A program made the translations under genes and the position numbers. Shown piece after piece: positions 23,811 to 37,664 of a DNA stretch of 64,000 nt; position 1 is the first letter of the stretch, and every line of letters begins with the position of its first letter. The notes beneath the pieces were generated by a model. That model was given only the letters and a program-made list of their open reading frames with translations, was not told the origin of the DNA and ran no database searches. The DNA lies in assembly GCA_013265495.1 (NCBI GenBank), contig MU058718.1, positions 124,001 to 188,000 on the forward strand, written 5' to 3'. The DNA comes from Vicugna vicugna. Lineage: Eukaryota.

Positions 23811-24639
23811 GTGCAGTGAGGAAGGGAGCAGACAAGTACCACGTGGATGGCATGGGAACTTCTTACCAAGCTTATTCTAAATGTCATGCATGAAGACTGA
23901 CAAGTTTAACTATGAAAGGAAGCAGAATTTGAGCTATGGGTTCAATTTTGGATACCTTGATACTTACCTTACTTAAAATTAATCTATTCATTTATAAAAT
24001 ATTTAACTTCTCTTGAAGTCAGGTATTGTGCTAGACCATAGGGCTTCAGCCTAAACAAAACTGATGGAATTCCTGCCCTCATGGCAAATATGAGGCACAA
24101 AAATTGATTCCTTGGCCTTTCATTCATTTCCAAATCTAAGTTTCCAATGTACTGAACAAGTTAGCAACAGAAGCAGGCATCATTAGAAACATTTAAATTT
24201 TATTTTTGGCAAAGAGATACTTCAAAAATTGAATATAAGTATGGCAGCCTGGAACAGAGGCCTGAGGAAAGATGACATTACTTGCGAATAAGGCTGGGCT
24301 GGAATGACTATACAACAGCACACACAGAATACACACAGATACTGTTCTGGTATTGATTTAAAATAGACTTATTTACAAAAATTAGTTCCATAAAATGAAA
24401 ACTGCTAGAGAACAAAAGAGACATATAAATATAACCACAGACAAATGGGAAACTGTGAAACAATAAAACAAATCAATAAAAAATCAGACCAATAAGAATA
24501 GGAATTAATATGTTCTATCTAGATTTTGTAGGTTCTACCATCTCTTTCAGAAACTAGCTGATGTGAAGCTATATACGACACTTCATTTCCCCAAAAAAGC
24601 ACTGAGGCAAAGAGAAATAGTGGCCTTGCTATACTTTAT

Positions 24640-25024
24640 GCCGTCACTCACTAGGTCTACCATACAAAATACCATAGACTGGGCAGCTTAAACAACAGAA
24701 CAGTTACTCCTCACAGTCCTGGAGGCGAGGAGTCCAAGATCATGGCTTGCAAATGGCCACTTTCTCCCTATGTCCTCACATGGATGTTTCTCTGTGTACA
24801 CATGCCCTTGGCGTCTCTTTTGTGTTCCAATTTCCTCGTCTTCTAAGGGCACCAGTTAGATTAGGGCCTCCCTATCTACCTCATTTTATCTTAATTATCT
24901 CTTTAAAAGCCCCCTCTCCAAATTTCGTCACATTAAGTGGTACTGAGGGAGGTACTGGGGGGTGAGGCGAGGGTTAGATTTCAAAATATGAAGGTGGGAG
25001 AGGGGCACAATTCAGCCCATAACA
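24640..25024 (-). mobile_element. MaLR LTR (MLT1A-like)
   Basis: aaaataccatagactgggcagcttaaacaacagaa...cacagtcctggagg...gtccaagatca ... gggcacaattcagcccataaca is the reverse complement of the recalled MLT1A-type LTR. Confidence 0.75.
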
Positions 25025-25789
25025 ACGGGGCTAATGTAAGAACTCACAGGTTAAAGTTTGATGTTTCAAGAAGACATAAAAGAAAAACAACAAGAAAAAA
25101 ATGACAAGAATTTTCTAACTTTTTACAAATTATCTCTGGAGGGTGAAAGTGTTAGTATTCTTATTAATTAAAATCTCATTTATACAGAATACAGTGGTTA
25201 TTAATCTTTTTGCAGTCCCTAAGCCCTTTGAAATTCTGATGAAAGCAAACCGGCCCCCCCTCCTGAGTAAAGGGCACTTATCTACACAGTTAGACATTAA
25301 TGCTTCGGAGATTTACAAACCACACATCCCTGAAGCTCCTCAGGGCCCACAGGACTATACTAAGCAGACACAATTTAGACTTTACCGCTCCTCGTTCCAA
25401 ATCAAGTGTAGGAATGAATTTTAGAAAATTTAAGTGCATAAGCTTATTAAAAGAAATAATAATTTACATAAGCAGGTAAGACTTTAAAACAGCAATTAAT
25501 AATACTATACAAGCAGGGAAGTATACACTAATTAGAAGCATATTTACCCCTAATAATTATTTTGAGTTGGGAAATAACCACCAGGAAGCACTCCAAGGCA
25601 AATTTCCTAACCAGATGAACTGTGACTATATGAAGTCTCTGAAGTAATCAGCTACCCAAATTGCACACTGCACATCTCAACACAAATCATGTACTACATT
25701 TCAATCATCGCAACAAAGTCAAAGAGAGAATATTCAGAATAAAATATACTTAAAGCCATTAAATGCCTTAAATAAAATGATATTTCCTG

Positions 25790-26560
25790 ACAGTTTTGAT
25801 TCAAAATAAAACGAAGGAATGATAGAAATAGGTATCACTATTTTCCAAATTTTACTGAATTAATGGATCTAAGTAAGCACTGATCACCAGCAGCTGCTAA
25901 CATCACAAACTGAAACACAACCAGACGTTACATGCTCTTGATGGGGGAAAAAAAAAGACTTATAAAAAATTGATTCTAATCTGGTCAATCCTTTAGAGCC
26001 AGCTATCAACCTACATAAAATACAGGAGATTGAGAAATGTGCTAAAAATTTGAAGAATAATAAATATCAAAACCTAGATTGTGGGGAAACTGAAGAACAG
26101 AGTAAGTGATTTCTTCAAGCAAATTCCAAGATGGGATAAGGGGAGGGGGTAAAAGGGTGGAGAAAGGAGAGAGAAAGTAAGAGGGAGGGGGGAGAGAGGG
26201 AGGGAGGGAGAGAGAAATAAATTAAGATACTTAACAAACTAATCAATCTAATACGTAGATCTTGAGTCAGACATACCCTAAAAATTAAAATATGTGTATG
26301 TATGTATGTATGTATTTTTAAGTTGTCATCTCTTGGATATAGATCCTATAATACTTTTAGCTGATATGATAACAATGTCCAAGATTTCCTTCAAAACATT
26401 TTGGGGGAGACGTGGTTCCTAGAATATATCAAGCAAGACTGGCCATTGAGATGATAAACTTTTGAAGCTGGGAAATGGCAAAGTGGGGATTTATCATTTT
26501 ATTACTTCTTCATTTTTCTACATAACTAAATTTTCCCATAATTACTGGTTTTTAAAAAGG
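25790..26560 (+). mobile_element. Ancient L1 (L1MC/L1ME-type) 3' region, degenerate
   Basis: Motifs such as caagactggccattgagatgataaacttttgaagctggg and tttcccataat resemble old L1M 3' ends; boundaries approximate. Confidence 0.4.
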
Positions 26561-27199
26561 AGAAATAAAAATTGGACGCATTTGGAAACAATGGATGAAT
26601 GAACCCAGAAATGTTCATTATGCACACACAGTTGGAACTGCATACCATTTGGAGTGAGAAAACTGAGGAATTCACAGGTTCTCTGGGCAGGGCAGCTCCG
26701 CAGGGCTCATTTTAAGTCCCTCCCCACTAAGCCCCAGGCTGTCTGATGCATCACTCCTTCCTGGTTCAGTCAAGGGGCACCAACCAAGTTCTTGCCCTAC
26801 TCCACACCCTTTACTGAAAACTGAACAGGAAATAAACCCAGAAAGCAACAAAAAAGATAAGAAAAGGGAGACAAACACACAATCAAATTAAAAAGACCTG
26901 GAAGACAATGGTAGTCAAGACCAATCAATCCATTTTTTAATTAAACAGATACGGCTTTCAATTTCTCATTCTGTAACCTAAATGAATGGCTTAATACCTG
27001 AGTTTGTCCTGTGTAAGTAAGTGCACTTAACTTTCAAAACTTTAAAGATAAATAAAAATATTTAAATAAACACACAGGAAATTTTGCTACTTAAAGATAT
27101 CTTCTTATAAATCCTTTTATAACAATAGTCACCCCCTTACACTCACCCACTGGGAAGGTGGAAATGACAGAATTAACATTAAAATATTAATATTATTAA

Positions 27200-27390
27200 T
27201 AATAATGTAGCCATTGATATTCATTGAGCACTTAATCTGTACACTATTCTAAAGAGCTTGATTACATATGTATATGTATTATTTAATTTCACCTTTAGGA
27301 CAATTCTATGAGATACACAGAATTATTGTTATTATTGTTGTTGTTGTTGTTGTTATTATTAATTCCCATTTCACAAATGTGAAGCTGAGC
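27200..27390 (-). mobile_element. MIR with an internal (ATT/GTT)n expansion at ~27322-27360
   Basis: cattgagcactta...atttaatttcac...attcccatttcacaaatgtgaagctgag flanks a trinucleotide run. Confidence 0.5.
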
Positions 27391-27629
27391 AATTAAAGTG
27401 TAATAAACACTACTAAATGCTAGGTCATTTTTTGAATATGTTTCATAGTATTTTAAATGAGGCCGTGTGTGGGTACACACACACATTTACATAACAATTA
27501 ACAGAAGAGTCAAATGATTTGTCCAGAATTTACTAAAGCAGCTGTACAGCAGTTTCTAATTACAAGCACAGTATATTTATTTTTTTTAACACTTCCCACT
27601 TCCCCCCACCCTACCACCTATATTTTTTT

Positions 27630-27852
27630 AATGACATCTTTATTGAGTCATAACTCACATGCCATACAACTCACCTTCAATGGCTTTTAGTACCTTCAGA
27701 GTTGTGCAACCATTACTACAATTTTAGAACACTTTTATCATCCCAGAAACCCTGTGCCCATTAGCAGTCACTCCTCATTTGTCCCCAACTTCTCCAGCCC
27801 TAGACAACCACATATATACTTTCTGTCTCTTGGATGTGCCTATTCTGGATAT
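27630..27852 (-). mobile_element. L1 3'-end fragment (L1MB-like)
   Basis: tttattgag...agagttgtgcaaccattactacaattttagaacacttttatcatcccagaaaccctgtgcccattagcagtcactcc is the reverse complement of the L1 3'UTR also seen at ~38050-38200 and ~55600-55860. Confidence 0.75.
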
Positions 27853-30800
27853 AGTATATGAGGAGGAAGGGGAAAAGTAGCATATACATGCCTATCATTC
27901 AACCCTCAAATTCCAGTGGTTCTCCATTCTTTTAAAGGAAAAATAAAAGTCATGGACCAAAGTCACTTTAAGTTCATTTTAACAGAAATGTTTCTCTTTG
28001 CCCAGGAAATGGTCAAAGACCCAAAGACAACAGGACATACAAAGATCCAAGCTGAACAAAAAGCCAAAGGAAAGCATTACATACCATCAGCTCCTTAAGG
28101 GCAGACTCCTGTCTGATATTTTACAAATCCCCCATAGGATCAAGCAAGAACACTTTACCCACCAGAGGAGCTCCATGAAAAGAAAATGCCAGGAACTATT
28201 CTACAACAGCATCCTAATCTCCCACATCTTCATCAATCTGGGTACCCTCTCAGTCGTCTAAAGTTGATAAAGGTTCTCAACATCTTTTTTGGACCCTGGA
28301 TCCTTTTCAGAATCTTAGAAAAGGTGTGAGTTCTCTGCCCCAGAAAAAAAACAGGTTACATACATAAACAACTTGGCACAGAATTTTGGGGAAATCTCAG
28401 GGCTTCTGATTAATAGCTCTTGCTTTAGTACCTTCTACTTTGCCTTTTACATCACAGTGGCCATTTGACTTTTCTTCCCTACCTATCAACATCTTTATTA
28501 CTCTTTACCCACAGGAGCTACTAAAACCAATCCCTCAACTGGTCCCCTCCCTGCCCAAGTCTCATCTACAGCCCCATCCCCACTCATCAATGGTACTATA
28601 AGCCTAGTTTGAGTGCCTCCCTTGGGATACTTACCATGGTCTATCTTGTCTTCATCTCCCTACTGTAAGCTCCTGAAAGGTATGAGTAATCTTACTCCTT
28701 TCTGTATCTCTCATAAAGCATGCAGCAAAGTGCCTAGCCCATGGCAAACATTCATTAAGCATGAATCAATGTCAAACCTAAGGACTTAAAAGAAACCAAT
28801 CAGCAAGAATCTCTTAAATAACACTAGTGTCTGGCTAACAATGCTTAAGCAGCCCAGAAAGTTGATGCAATTAAGCAACTCCACCTATCATTTCCTGATC
28901 TAGCACCCTGCTCTCTCAGAGATGAGGTGCATGAGGTGGAGACACAGAGGATCCCCAGGCCATAGTAACTTTTAATCTTGGTTACTTTTCTCTAAAGCAA
29001 AAAGTAGTTAAGCTTGAGAAGCAGCTTTTCCCCCACACTAAGTAACTTTAGTTACCTAAAACATTCCTGTGCAGTATCAGATTTTAAAGAAAATCCTACT
29101 CACTAGCCATGCACAAACACACACTTCCACAATAAAGCTATTTAACTTAATAATAACACTTTAGCTAAAAGAAAACAACTTTTATGTTACTAGTAATCTC
29201 CAGGACAGAATAATCTAGACATACAGGTATTCAGGTATTCAATTCGGCAACCTCGCTCTCATTTTCAAGCCCCAAACCACATCCTTTAAATACTAAAATA
29301 CACAGACACTAAGTCCCAACAAGAAACACTATAAAGTCTCCCCATGATTCTTTACTATATTAAACTTAGCTGTCTAGGGTCATGTTTACACATTTTTAAA
29401 AAGCCAAACCAACATCAGCACTAACATAATTTCTGATAAAGACTCCTACACACCCAAACTAGAAAGGAAGAGGATACCCAGAAATTTTGTAAAACTTCAT
29501 CTTTAAGGGATATAAAAACAAACTATTGTCCTATTATCATGCATTGGTTATTTCTGTGTAAGTTATTTACATGTATAGGCTTTATTAATTACTTCAACAG
29601 AAAACCCTAACTTCCCTGGTTCTAAATTAATTCTGAGTATGCATAGTTCACACCCAGAACCCAGTACTTCAATTAACAAACCAAACCACAAAGGAAAAAC
29701 TGATACCCAAGATCAGATTTCAGGGCTGGGTTAACAGATGCCGAACTATACATACCAAACAGCAAAGCCAAACATGGTAGGAGTTAGAAATGATGCAAAA
29801 CTCCCTTATCCAAAATTTCTAGTAATAAGCCTATGCCTCTCTATCCTACTGCCCAATCTTATAGAAAAAGACTATCAGTACAAATAAGTAATAGTAACAT
29901 AATTCACAAACTGCTGGGTCCAACTCCTCCTTTCCATCCTCCAAGAAGGATCGCACTTCCTAGGCAAAGTAGCCCTGGAGCTAACAAGCCATAGCCCACT
30001 GGAAAAAAACACCTTCCCTAAACTAAGGGTACCTGAGCTGTAAGGAATGTTCTGTATCTACAAAGCACTTTCACAACATCTCACTGGCCCCCTTTCTGTT
30101 CCTCAGCTCATTTGCATCTTGGGGCCTTTGAACCAGCTGCTGCTTCTTTCTTCTCAATCTCTGCATACATATCCCCTTGTGGTCCTCAAGTCACCACAAA
30201 CTTAATATTCCTCAACAGTTTTGTAGCCTACAGTCTGCAACCACTGTGCCAAGAAGGAGATAAAAGCTCAGATACTGAAACTTGCTCAAGACTACAGTAG
30301 TGTTGCAGCCATTACTTCAGAGGTCAACATTTTCTGATACACTAAAAATGTAAATGTAAATGTAAATTTTAAACCACATTTTAAGTTATAAAATATTTAA
30401 ATAGGTAAAGAGGTACACCAAGTTCTCCTTATGAAAACATTCTGTGATATGTCTTAACTTCAGGAACTGACACTCAGTCCCATTTTATGTTAAACATTTC
30501 CCTCCCAGCTTTAGACAGCAAAGTAAAAGACAACCCAAGAAAGACCTTTGAATCCAAAAAATCTTCTACAGTGATTAGCAAAGAACTAAAAATTACCCAG
30601 AGGCAAACCAGAAGCTAACCTGGATTAGCTGGGATCTTCTGGAGAGGTACAGAGCTAGACCTAAGTTTCACACATAAATAGACCCTTTAAATCAATCCCT
30701 CCAGTCTTGCACATAACAGCGCCCTCAAGGAGAGTAACATTCACCATAGTTCTTATTTCTACTGTGAGTGGAATCTATAGGTCAAAAAAATATTAAACAC

Positions 30801-32610
30801 CAAAGGATAACCACATAGGATATTCTCCAGGCCCTAAATTCACTTGGAAAATAACTGCTTAATACCTACAGATAAGCTCCAAAGTGCTTGAAACCCAAAC
30901 TTAATTTGGGCAAAATGAAAGTCAAACAATGTGTGAACAAAGGTTTCAGCAGCAGTTCAAATGGAGAAAAAGTAGACAGCGTGAGTTATCACAGCATCTT
31001 TAAAACATGACAAACACAAAATAGTCTGCAGACTGCATGCCAGCACAGTTTATATTGCATGCATCAATTTAGTTTTTCAAACTTTATTCAAACATCAAAA
31101 TCATTGAAGTACTGTTCATATTATATATTTATTTTCTCTTTATAGTTGCATAAGATCTAAAAGCATACAAGATTTACCGGTTTTGTTCATATATATTTAA
31201 CTACATTATAATGTAATGTGAAAAAAAATTTAAGTCTATTCATATTGAAGGGCCTCAATAAATTTCTTCCTTTGGATAGGATTCATAATGTTCCTCAAAT
31301 TTACAAAATACTGCTCCAAGACTAGAAGTTATTCAGTGAAAGAGAGGATGAGAGCAGCACAGGAAAAACTATTAAGATATTATAATGTAAGTGTATATCA
31401 CTTGTATTAGAGATTTGATTAAAACTACCAAAAAAGGCAGGCCCACCCTCATGCAGATCTGCAACACTAGTGTTGCACTTAAGCTGCGACTGTCTTGTGG
31501 GGCTTAAAGAGACTGGACCCCTTAACTGGGAATTTTCACCCATCCTAAACCTTGCTCAAGTTTCTTCCATTTTACATCACAGGTTTAAAACAATTTCTAG
31601 TCTCTAATTTGAACATTCAAGCAATCATTTTTCCTTCTATTCAAATCTCATAGTTTGGGAACTAAGTTACTGAACAGATCTTTCATTGACTCACTATTAC
31701 TGAGCATCTACAATATACCAGGAACTCTCCCAGGGACTGGGGATACAGCAGCAAGCAAATGCAAAAATCCTCATTCTCATTAAACCTATGTTCTAGTTGG
31801 GAGACAGACTAATAAAGCAGATGGTACATCAGAGGTATCTATGGAAGGAAAAGGAAGCAAGGAGTGTTATGTGTCATATACACAAAGGATATATTTAGGC
31901 ATAAGATTTCAGAAAGTTATATCACAGTCACTGTATCATGAAGCAACAAATTTAATAAATAAAACTCATTAGAAAGAATATGAGTGCCCACTTACATAAC
32001 AAATCCAGAAATGAGATGAGAACATCAGAACAACACACGGAAACAAAACAGCACAAACAGATCTTTTTGGAAATGAATCTGATCCTGGGGTGTGTTCAAA
32101 CCATTACTTAAATACTCCAGATCTGAAAGTAACTTCAGAAGAATATTTATGGACACACACACACAACTTAAAAGAGAAGCTGAGATAATACAAGAAAAGG
32201 TAGAATATTCTGTAGGTCACTGTTAGTATAAGCAAATAATATTTACTAAGTTTTCAATATTAAAACTAATTTGGATGGAAGGAAGAAAGTGACATCATGG
32301 CTATCTGATGCCACTCAGCTCTAAACTTCTTACATTATTACAGAAAACACAAATCAAAACTACAGATAAGTGTATTTCACACACTTTTATATGGGAAGAT
32401 GGGGAAGGGGAGGGAGGATCATAAGTAGTTAAAGAAACAAAAGACGGGCAAATCAAACAGGAAAAAATGATCTTTGAACTTAACATGAAAACAAAGCCAT
32501 AAGGTAAAGAAAAACAGCACTGAAATTAACATTTTTCCTAGCATGGAACTAGGAATAGAAGAAATAAGAAGGCTCAAGAGGCTAAGAGAAAATCTCCTTA
32601 AAAATTTGAC

Positions 32611-33090
32611 TACTACTCAGCTACGAAAAATAATAAAATAATGTCATTTGCAGCAACATGGATGGACCTGGAGAATGTCATTCTAAGTGAAGTAAGCCAG
32701 AAAGAGAAAGAAAAATACCATATTATATCATTTATATGTGGACTCTAAAAAAAAAAAAATGAACTTATATACAAAACAGAAATAGACTCACAGACACAGA
32801 AAATAAACCTATGGTTACCAGGGAGGGGAAGCAGATGGGAAGGAATAGATTAGGAGTTCAAGATTTGCAGATACTAATATATATATAAAATAGATAAACA
32901 ATAAGTTTATACTGTATAGTACAGGGAACTATATTCAGTATCTTGTAGTAACTTATGGTGAAAAAGAATATGAAAAGGAATATACATATGTTCATATATG
33001 ACTGAAGCATTATGCTATACACCAGAAATTGACACAACATTGTACACTGACTATACTTCAATTAAAAATATATATATATACATACACATT
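32611..33090 (+). mobile_element. 5'-truncated L1 (end of ORF2 plus 3'UTR)
   Basis: tactactcagc...gcagcaacatggatggacctggagaatgtcattctaagtgaagtaagccagaaagagaaagaaaaatacca is closely similar to 47849-47960, followed by a 3'UTR and an AT-rich tail. Confidence 0.9.
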
Positions 33091-33971
33091 AAAAAACAGG
33101 CATATTTTATTTTTGGTCTTAAAAAAGAACTTTAATACCAAAATGCCTTTTTAAGAAAAGTTATACAGGTATTTTAATTTTATCCCGCAATCACATTTCT
33201 AACCACATCCCACAAATCCCAGAAACAAAGAAAATTCAGTGACTCTCTGAAACAATACTCAATACAAAATTAGAAATAGAATGATTCAGAAGTATCAAGA
33301 CACATAAAACTTGGTTAAACATCATGGAATCCTTTTATTTCATACTTAAAAAACATGTGATATTTATTTGGTTTCCTGAATAGGACACCTCCTTCCTGTT
33401 AGAATTATAAACCCTGAGTATCAAAAAGGAATCACGCATGACATGACCACCTAGTCATGACTTCACATACTGATGCAGGACCAGAAATCCACTTTTATCA
33501 TTGCATTCTGAGTTGATAAGGCTTCCAAGGCTAGTTCATATACTATAAATTCGTGTCATTTATTAAGTCATAATGGGGATCAAAATTCCAACTTCAGAAA
33601 CTGGAATACCTGAGTCCTCCATTCACACTGTCCCCTCTTCGTGATACCAGAAGTATTAAACCAGAAGGTTTGGGTTACACATGAAAAAAAGCAAAGAAAA
33701 GAAAAATCAAAGGTAGAATTCAACCAAGTTATAGTCAGTTTTTGACCCAACAACTTTCTTCAGCTGATATAATTAAATGAATTTTAACTTCCCAGGTGTT
33801 CATACTCTTCTGAGTTTCAACTAATTCCATTGACTGTTCTAAATCTATCTAACTGCTCACTTACTAGATTATATTCCTTCTAAAGATGTCTGAGTGCATC
33901 CAAAACTACCCAACTCTCCCTAATTTTCTGAGTCATCTTATCTCAGAATTGAATAGTATATTAGTCATTCT

Positions 33972-34082
33972 ATTTTTTTTTATTTGGGAGGGGGGTGGTA
34001 ATTAGGTTTATTAATTTATTTAATGGAGGTACTGGGGATTGAACCCAGCACCTCATGCATGCTAGGCGTGCACCCTTCCACC
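33972..34082 (-). mobile_element. tRNA-derived SINE (camelid Vic-1-like), 5' head degenerate
   Basis: The reverse complement reads gcatgcatgaggtgctgggttcaatccccagtacctcc...aaacctaattacc...A-tail, sharing the B-box and tail with the copy at 59215. Confidence 0.8.
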
Positions 34083-34644
34083 CATCTAGTATACTCACTT
34101 TAAAGAGCCTACTTCACCATTCTTTCTTACAACAAATGTTATTTCATGAAATTAATTTTAAACATTTTTAAGGTTTTTTTAAAGAATGGGATAATATATT
34201 AGAGAAAGAATTCAAAGTATGCAAGAATCTTAGAAATAAACTGCTTTTTAAAGACATTTTGCACAAATTTTCATCAGCCCTTTCCTGGCCCTCCAAGTAG
34301 TGGTTCTCTATCTTTCAGGGCAGATTCTCAACCACACCCTCCAGAAACTTCTAACTTAGCACAGTCAGTTCTGCTATGTGGGGCTGACTGATGAAACATT
34401 AAGTCCACATACAAAACTGCACACAACTGATCCCAGCAGTACAGGACACACAGGTACACATCTCAACTTAAAAACTTTTTTAAAACGCATGTCAAACACA
34501 TGCACCATCTGTACTGTTTTCCTAGAAATCTGAAAATATCCTGTAGCAATCCATGTTTGCTGTGATGCCTCAGGAATCCTCAGTTTGGGAACTGGTACCC
34601 TAAGTGCCTCACCCCGACTCTAATGGTTCTAAATACAACCTACA

Positions 34645-36015
34645 CGTCATGCAAAGTGGCCAGCCAAAACCTCTCTCCAGGACTCCAGATCTGTAAGCTG
34701 ACTATTCAAAATCTCCACTTGGATATGTAACAAGCATCTCAAACTCAACATATCCAAAATAAAATCCTGATTCCCTGTGCACAATCCACTGTAACTGGGC
34801 CGGACCCCATGGAGCCTTCCCAGGGCAGACCCCTCCCCCATATCCTCTTTTAGCTCCTCTCTGAAATACCCATATAATAATATTTGGTGCGTATTCCTGA
34901 GTTGTTTTACAGTTTTACCTACTGGAGCCTAAGGACTGATCATGTTAACCCCTGTGGTACCACCCTGTTACCTAAGCATCAACCAATCAGAGCATTGTGC
35001 ACCAGCTGATCATTCAGCCTGCAACTCCCATTCCTCATCACCTGGCCTTTAAAAATGCTTTGCTGAAACCCTTTGAGGAGGTCGGGATTTTAGAGCACGA
35101 ACCACCCCTTCTCCTTGTATCGGCACCTTTACTTATAACAAAAGCTACACTTTCCTTCATCAAAACCCGATGTCAGTAGATTGGTTTAACTGCACACAGA
35201 CAAGTAGGCCCAAGTTTAGTTCAGTAACGTCCCCTCTACCCTCCCAAAATCTTCCCCATTTTAGTAAAGAGCAATCCTATTTTTATAACTGCTAAAAGCC
35301 AAAAACCTGAGTCATCCTTGACCCCCTTTTCCCTCTTACAACCATATCAGCAAATCTCATTGCTGCTACCATCAAAATATAATCAAAATCCAACTACCAT
35401 TCCCCACCTCCTACCCTGTGTTCTGAGCCACCAGTGTTTCTTGCCTGCGTTAGTCTCCCTGTGGTCTCTTCCATTTCTACTCTTGCTCCCCATACTCTCA
35501 AAGTCAGCAGCCAGAGTGATCTTATAAAGAAAAGGGACATCTGACCATATCGTTTTCTATGCCTTACCCATCAATGGTTTCACGTAAGATGCCCCCAACT
35601 ATTTCTCCTTTCCTACTTGTCTGTCTCCCATTTGCTTATTCTGCTCCAACGAGACTGGCCTTCTTGCTCTTCACCAAAAATGTAAAGCACATTCTCACCT
35701 CAGAGCACTTAGACTTGTGCTGTTGTTCCCTCTGCTTCTTCCCCCAGATATTTACCTGTGTCATTCTGACGTCTTCCGTGTTTCTGCTCTCCGTGACCAC
35801 CCACATAAAGGAGTACTATTCCCTGCATTCCCTATTCCCTTTATTCCTTCTCTATATTATTTGCAGCACTTCCTCTTTCCCTCGTGACATGTGTCCATGT
35901 TGATGCATCTTCCTCTGTCTACCTGAACAGCTCTAGGAGAAGATGTAGTTTTGTTCACTGCTGTATCTACCAAGCCCCAAACAGTATGTTACAGATACCC
36001 AATACTGTTGAATAA
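34645..36015 (+). mobile_element. L2 LINE fragment interrupted by an LTR
   Basis: atctccacttggatatgtaacaagcatctcaaactcaacatatccaaaa before the LTR; ccaaaaacctgagtcatccttga, cagcagccagagtgatctt and ttgttcactgctgtatc...gttgaat after it. Confidence 0.7.
34790..35229 (+). mobile_element. Solo ERV LTR
   Basis: Starts TGTAAC and ends TTCAGTAACG (terminal CA changed to CG). Flanks tccac/tcccc are an imperfect TSD. CCAAT box near 34983 and a TTTAAAAA TATA-like box near 35048. The L2 sequence resumes on both sides. Confidence 0.7.
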
Positions 36016-37664
36016 AAATTATACCAATTGATTTAGGAGGTCTTTGATATTTTAATTAATATCAGAATACACCCTGAGTTTGTATCAATGGGAGTTTTTC
36101 TATCCTGCATCTCAAACTCTCCTGTTTTCCTGATAATAATTAAATTTATGGGGATTTTAGTCATCAATATCCATACAGAAAATTATTTGGCTATTCCAAC
36201 ATGAATTATACTTTGATTTTTCTAAACTCTTTAATTCTATTCACAAACTCAATGATTAGAAAAAAATCAGGGTAGATGTTTCAGGTGGCAAATCTCAAAT
36301 CATGATCTATTTTTTTTTCTCCCCACAGACCCTCTCCCCAAATTTTAGTTTTAAACACAACTGTCAAGGAAAATTTCTAAGATTTAGGCCCCAAACAATG
36401 TTGTCCCTTAGCAAGAACCAAGACAAGACACTCCAAAATAAATCTAACTGCAACATATTTAAACAAAGATGTACCTGTGGCCCTCACCTAACACAATCTG
36501 GCCCAAATCTAAAAATCACTTTTCTTACCTTTGCCTCATTTGATTCTCTGGTCCCCCAGACCTTCTCTACAAAAGTTATCTTCAGTGTGGACTGGTCATG
36601 AGGTGGTCATGTTAATGAGCCTTAACAGGAAGCTACTTGATTATCCTCAGGCAGAAAGTAAGCCCATCTGGACCACAACTCAGGGGATTTTACTTCCTCT
36701 ACAAACTATCTCAGTTGTATTTTGCATACGCTGAGAATGTTTAGACACACATTTAGCTGGCCTGCTGTCTAATCTACAAAAAGATATCTGGATTGTCTTA
36801 AGTCCTTCTGAAAAGTAATGGACCAGCCTCCTGTCCCATCTTCAAGAATGAGTTGGCTCCTTGTTACTATGGTGATGAGGGCCTAGGAACAGAGATAATT
36901 TGCACACTTCACTGAAAATTCAAAGCATTCAGTAGCTTTGTTTTTTATCAGGAATGAAGAGAAAGGAGGAGCTGCAGAACCAATTATGGAGTATATTTAT
37001 AAACATGTAAAGCAGTGTGTTTCTTAACCCTGAATAACAAGATTTTAAATTGTTCAGTTTACAAGAAAAATGAACGGAATAAGAGGACTGAAGAAAATAA
37101 ACACGTTGAACAATATTCTAACATGTGCAGCTCCACACCATCACTGAACTCGGCACTATGGATTTTCCAGAACAGAAGTTCTCAGATTGGTTGTCAGACT
37201 GGTCTGGATGGGAAGAAAAACCCACTGAAGTAACCTGAGATCAACCAAGGCAAACAGTAGTGCAAGCCCAGTGCTCCTGAAACACCCACAGTGTATCCTG
37301 ATAGATTCTTGAAAAGAAATAATATTCAGCACCTATTCTTGATTTTTTAAAGTTCTTAGCAAACTAGGTATAGAGTAAAATTTTGCCTTAATAAAAGAAA
37401 TCTACCAGAAATTTACTGAAAATAGCACACACAATAGCAAACTTGAAAACATTCCCATCCTAGAACCAAGAATAAAACAAAGATGCCAGCTGTCATGTTA
37501 TTAAAAAAAATTAAAATATCGAGGGAAGAGACAAAATATCTGTCATTATTTGCAAACTACATGTTATGGGGTTTTCAAGTTAAATAATCAAATTAAAAAT
37601 TACTTGGTTTAATAGTATAGAAACTTACCAGATAAAAGATCAAAATTAAAACAAAAAACATTTT

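Noticed and set aside
27916..28261. Possible exon or processed pseudogene (acceptor-like tctttgcccag followed by short ORFs)
   Set aside because: I recognise no protein similarity, both frames close quickly, and there is no poly(A) tail or TSD.
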